A stretch of DNA of 20,000 nucleotides, taken from the IMG/VR virus record IMGVR_UViG_3300025132_000029; one strand, 5' to 3'. Both the position numbers and the translations under genes were made by a program. This document shows, in pieces, positions 17,318 to 20,000 of this stretch. The stretch comes from an uncultured virus (IMG/VR IMGVR_UViG_3300025132_000029). Lineage: Duplodnaviria > Heunggongvirae > Uroviricota > Caudoviricetes. Within the stretch, counting starts at the first letter, position 1. Each line of letters begins with the position of its first letter. Under the pieces are notes generated by a model. That model was not told the origin of the DNA. It worked only from the letters and a program-made list of their open reading frames with translations, and made no database searches.

Positions 17318-17376
17318 GAAGTATATTTATATATACAAAAAGGTTATTAATATACACATAATAAATGGAGGTTACA

Positions 17377-17673
17377 ATGGAAAAATTAAATCCAATAGGC
17401 GATAGAATCGTATTAAAAGCAATTGACCCAGATGAAATGACATCAGGAGGAGTTATTCTTCCAGATATTGCACAAGAAGAAACCATGTTAGGTACTGTAT
17501 GTTCAGTTGGACCAGGTGAAGTATTATCTTCTGGCCAAATAGGATATATGCAATGTAAAGTAGGTGATACAGTAATGTACCCAAAATACGGTGCAAAAAA
17601 GATTGAGGTTGATGGTGAAGACTATTTAGTCATTCGTGAAAAAGAATTATTAGTTATTATTAAGGAGAAATAA
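17377..17673 (+). CDS. groES: Co-chaperonin GroES
   Basis: LNPIGDRIV, mobile loop TSGGVILP, VGPG, KVGDTV, YLVIREKELL. ATG 17377 follows GGAGG (17367-17371); alternative start at 17365. Confidence 0.95.
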   Translation: MEKLNPIGDRIVLKAIDPDEMTSGGVILPDIAQEETMLGTVCSVGPGEVLSSGQIGYMQCKVGDTVMYPKYGAKKIEVDGEDYLVIREKELLVIIKEK

Positions 17674-17675
17674 AA

Positions 17676-19310
17676 ATGAAAAAAGGTCCAAAAAAGATAT
17701 CATTTGACAAGAATGCTAAAGAAGGATTATATTCTGGTATTGACATTTTGTGCGATGCTGTAAAGACAACATTAGGCCCAAAGGGTAGAAATGTAGTAAT
17801 TGAAAAAGAATTTGGTGAATATGTTTCAACAAAAGATGGTGTAACAGTTGCAGAAGAGGTTGAATTACCTGATTCTATTGAAAATGCTGGTGCACAAATG
17901 GTGAAAGAGGTTGCCAAGCAAGTAAATGATGAAGCTGGTGATGGAACAACAACTGCAACAGTGTTGGCACATAGTATTATTAAAAGTGGTCTTGGAGTTT
18001 CTAACAGGTCAAACCCAGTTGAAGTAAAGAGAGGAATGGATAAAGCTGTAGATACTATCCGTCAAAATTTAAGTAAACTTAGTAAGCAAATAGAGTCTGA
18101 AACGGAAATTCAACAAGTTGCAAGAATCTCTGCAAATAATGATTCTGAAATTGGAAATCTTATTTCTGAAGCAATGGATAAAGTAGGACGTGAAGGTGTA
18201 ATTACTGTTGAGGAAGGAAAGTCTTCAGAGACAAATTTAGAAGTTGTTGAAGGCCTTCAGTTTGATAGAGGTTATTTATCTCCATATTTTGTAAATTCAA
18301 ATGAAAAGATGATGTGCCAATTGGAGAATGCGTGGGTTCTTTTATATGACAAGAGAATATCTAGTCTAAAATCAATTGTTAAGCCATTAGAGATGGCAAT
18401 ACAGGCTGATAAACCATTAGTGATTATTGCTGAAGATGTTGATGGTGAAGCATTGGCAGGACTTATTGTTAATAAAGCAAGAGGAACATGTAAAGTTGCA
18501 GCTGTAAAGGCACCTGGATTTGGTGATAAGAGAAATGCAATGTTACAAGATATTGCAGTTTTAACTGGTGGTACTGTAGTTTCAACAACAAAGGGTATGA
18601 AACTTGAGAAGATAACACCTGATATGTTTGGTTCTGCTAAATTAATTAGTATAACTGGTAAAAATACAACTATCGTTGATGGTGGTGGAGATTCTGAAGC
18701 AGTTTTAGCACGTGCAACAGAAATCAAAGACCAAATAGATACATCAGATTCAGGCTATGAAATAGAATCTCTTCAGGAAAGACTTGGAAAAATGACTGGT
18801 GGTGTTGCAATCTTAAATATTGGTGCACAATCAGAAATTGAGCTTAAGGAAAAGAAATATAGAGTAGAAGATGCATTAGCTGCAACACGTGCCGCAATTG
18901 ATGAAGGCATTGTACCAGGTGGTGGTATAGCATTAAGACTAGCTTGTGAAGATATTAATTCAGATGATTTGAATAAAGACCAACAAATTGGTTTTGATAT
19001 TGTAAAAGTTGCATGTAAAGCACCATTCAATGCAATCATGGAAAATGCAGGATTAAATCCAGAGGTAATATGGAACAATGTATGTACAACATCTGATTTA
19101 GATTTTGCAGGATTTGACGCAAGAAATGAAGAAGTTGTTGATATGTATAAGGCTGGAATTGTTGATCCTAATAAAGTTACTAGAGTTGCTCTTGAAAAAG
19201 CAGTATCAGTTTCAGGTACAATCTTAACAACAGAATGTGTAATTAATAAACTCCCAGAGGAAGAAGGCAAAGAGCCACCAATGATGGGAGGAGGATTTGG
19301 GATAGGATAA
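17676..19310 (+). CDS. groEL: Chaperonin GroEL
   Basis: TLGPKGRNV, TKDGVTVA, AGDGTTTATV, FDRGYLSPYF, KAPGFGD, EGIVPGGG, Gly/Met-rich C-terminus. Confidence 0.97.
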   Translation: MKKGPKKISFDKNAKEGLYSGIDILCDAVKTTLGPKGRNVVIEKEFGEYVSTKDGVTVAEEVELPDSIENAGAQMVKEVAKQVNDEAGDGTTTATVLAHSIIKSGLGVSNRSNPVEVKRGMDKAVDTIRQNLSKLSKQIESETEIQQVARISANNDSEIGNLISEAMDKVGREGVITVEEGKSSETNLEVVEGLQFDRGYLSPYFVNSNEKMMCQLENAWVLLYDKRISSLKSIVKPLEMAIQADKPLVIIAEDVDGEALAGLIVNKARGTCKVAAVKAPGFGDKRNAMLQDIAVLTGGTVVSTTKGMKLEKITPDMFGSAKLISITGKNTTIVDGGGDSEAVLARATEIKDQIDTSDSGYEIESLQERLGKMTGGVAILNIGAQSEIELKEKKYRVEDALAATRAAIDEGIVPGGGIALRLACEDINSDDLNKDQQIGFDIVKVACKAPFNAIMENAGLNPEVIWNNVCTTSDLDFAGFDARNEEVVDMYKAGIVDPNKVTRVALEKAVSVSGTILTTECVINKLPEEEGKEPPMMGGGFGIG

Positions 19311-19567
19311 TGAGTGATAATAAACAAAAGATAAATATAAATCTAAACGACATGGATGATGTTGTTTGTGAATCATGTGGAAATCCTACATTTATTCAAG
19401 TGGTACTATTAAAACGTGTTTCAGCCGTAATGTCGCCAAATGGAAAGAAAAGTTTTTTACCAATGCCTGTATTTGAGTGTAGCAGTTGTGGTCATGTTAA
19501 TGACGAGCTCTTACCTCAACAAGCAGACAAGAAAGATAGTGAGGGAACATTTAATCTTGGCGGATAA
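19310..19567 (+). CDS. Small Zn-ribbon protein (CxxC...CxxC)
   Basis: CESCG and CSSCG pairs; TAATG-coupled to groEL. Confidence 0.75.
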   Translation: MSDNKQKININLNDMDDVVCESCGNPTFIQVVLLKRVSAVMSPNGKKSFLPMPVFECSSCGHVNDELLPQQADKKDSEGTFNLGG

Positions 19568-19754
19568 TGTTAAACATCCAAAGCATTATACTACAGGAAT
19601 AGAAATGTGGGATTATGCTTATTCTCAAAAACTAGATTTTTTTGAGGGAAACATTATTAAGTATGTTACAAGATGGCGACATAAAAATGGTATGGAAGAT
19701 TTATTAAAGGCAAAACAATATTTAGATAAACTTATAGAAAATAACACTAAATAA
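19557..19754 (+). CDS. DUF3310-family protein (related to the T7 gp1.7 nucleotide kinase domain)
   Basis: DNVKHPKHY...IE...FFEGNIIKYVTRWRHKNGMEDLLKAKQYL. Probable TTG start at 19557 rather than 19440. Confidence 0.8.
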   Translation: MADNVKHPKHYTTGIEMWDYAYSQKLDFFEGNIIKYVTRWRHKNGMEDLLKAKQYLDKLIENNTK

Positions 19755-19755
19755 A

Positions 19756-19785
19756 TTTTAATAATTCGCAAAAATTGGTTATATT
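19756..19785 (+). promoter_or_regulatory. Putative promoter for the nuclease gene
   Basis: TTTTAAT at the conserved offset plus GTTATATT at 19778-19785, 6 nt before ATG 19792. Confidence 0.55.
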
Positions 19786-19791
19786 ATATAC

Positions 19792-20000
19792 ATGAAAATT
19801 AAAACACCTAAAGATTTGGCAATAAAGGCAAGAATGATGGGTAAGAAAACTATTTCTTACAGTCAGTTCAATATGTACAAAACTTGCCCTCGCCAATGGA
19901 AATTAAATTATATAGACAAACATAGGGAATTTGAACCTTCTATATATTTAACATTTGGTACATCTATGCACGAGGTTATTCAACATTATCTTGAAGTGAT
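19792..20000 (+). CDS. PD-(D/E)XK (RecB/Cas4-like) nuclease, N-terminal part, runs off the window
   Basis: Not in the ORF track. My translation: MKIKTPKDLAIKARMMGKKTISYSQFNMYKTCPRQWKLNYIDKHREFEPSIYLTFGTSMHEVIQHYLEV, with the SYS..CPR..Y and FGTSMH signature. Confidence 0.8.
   Translation, partial: MKIKTPKDLAIKARMMGKKTISYSQFNMYKTCPRQWKLNYIDKHREFEPSIYLTFGTSMHEVIQHYLEV

Noticed and set aside
1118..17917. All other minus-strand ORFs and the nested + strand ORFs 3950-4144 and 16230-16421
   Set aside because: They lie within or across well-supported + strand genes and have no motifs or independent expression signals.
18272..19327. Long minus-strand ORFs (151 and 184 aa) opposite groEL
   Set aside because: Antisense shadows of a conserved gene, with no recognisable motifs.
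19440..19556. N-terminal extension of the DUF3310 ORF in the track
   Set aside because: It overlaps the Zn-ribbon gene in another frame; the domain begins at about 19557.
19792..20000. CRISPR-Cas locus suggested by a Cas4-like nuclease
   Set aside because: No repeat-spacer array or other cas genes in the window; stand-alone PD-(D/E)XK nucleases are common in phage replication modules.

Overview
AT-rich, gene-dense segment with every convincing gene on the + strand. It is most consistent with a large dsDNA (T4-like/jumbo-type) bacteriophage; the host is not determinable, though the promoter motif loosely suggests Bacteroidota. The window carries a replication and nucleotide-metabolism module: 5'-3' flap exonuclease, DnaB/gp41-like helicase, monomeric class II RNR, family B DNA polymerase and a partial PD-(D/E)XK nuclease. 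It also has cysteine synthase, a eukaryote-type HAD phosphomannomutase, tRNA-His(GUG) and a complete GroES/GroEL pair. The centrepiece is a translationally coupled operon (7341-13791) that looks like a cytosine hypermodification system: a thymidylate-synthase-fold enzyme with the dCMP-type Asp, a DUF6378-like protein, dUTPase, a HAD phosphatase, a sugar nucleotidyltransferase-kinase fusion, a T4 beta-glucosyltransferase-like GT-B, and a C5-cytosine methyltransferase homolog whose catalytic motifs are intact but whose SAM-binding motifs are diverged. A recurring bipartite promoter motif, two probably leaderless genes and strong GATC avoidance are also visible. All family calls come from motif recognition by eye; no database search was run.
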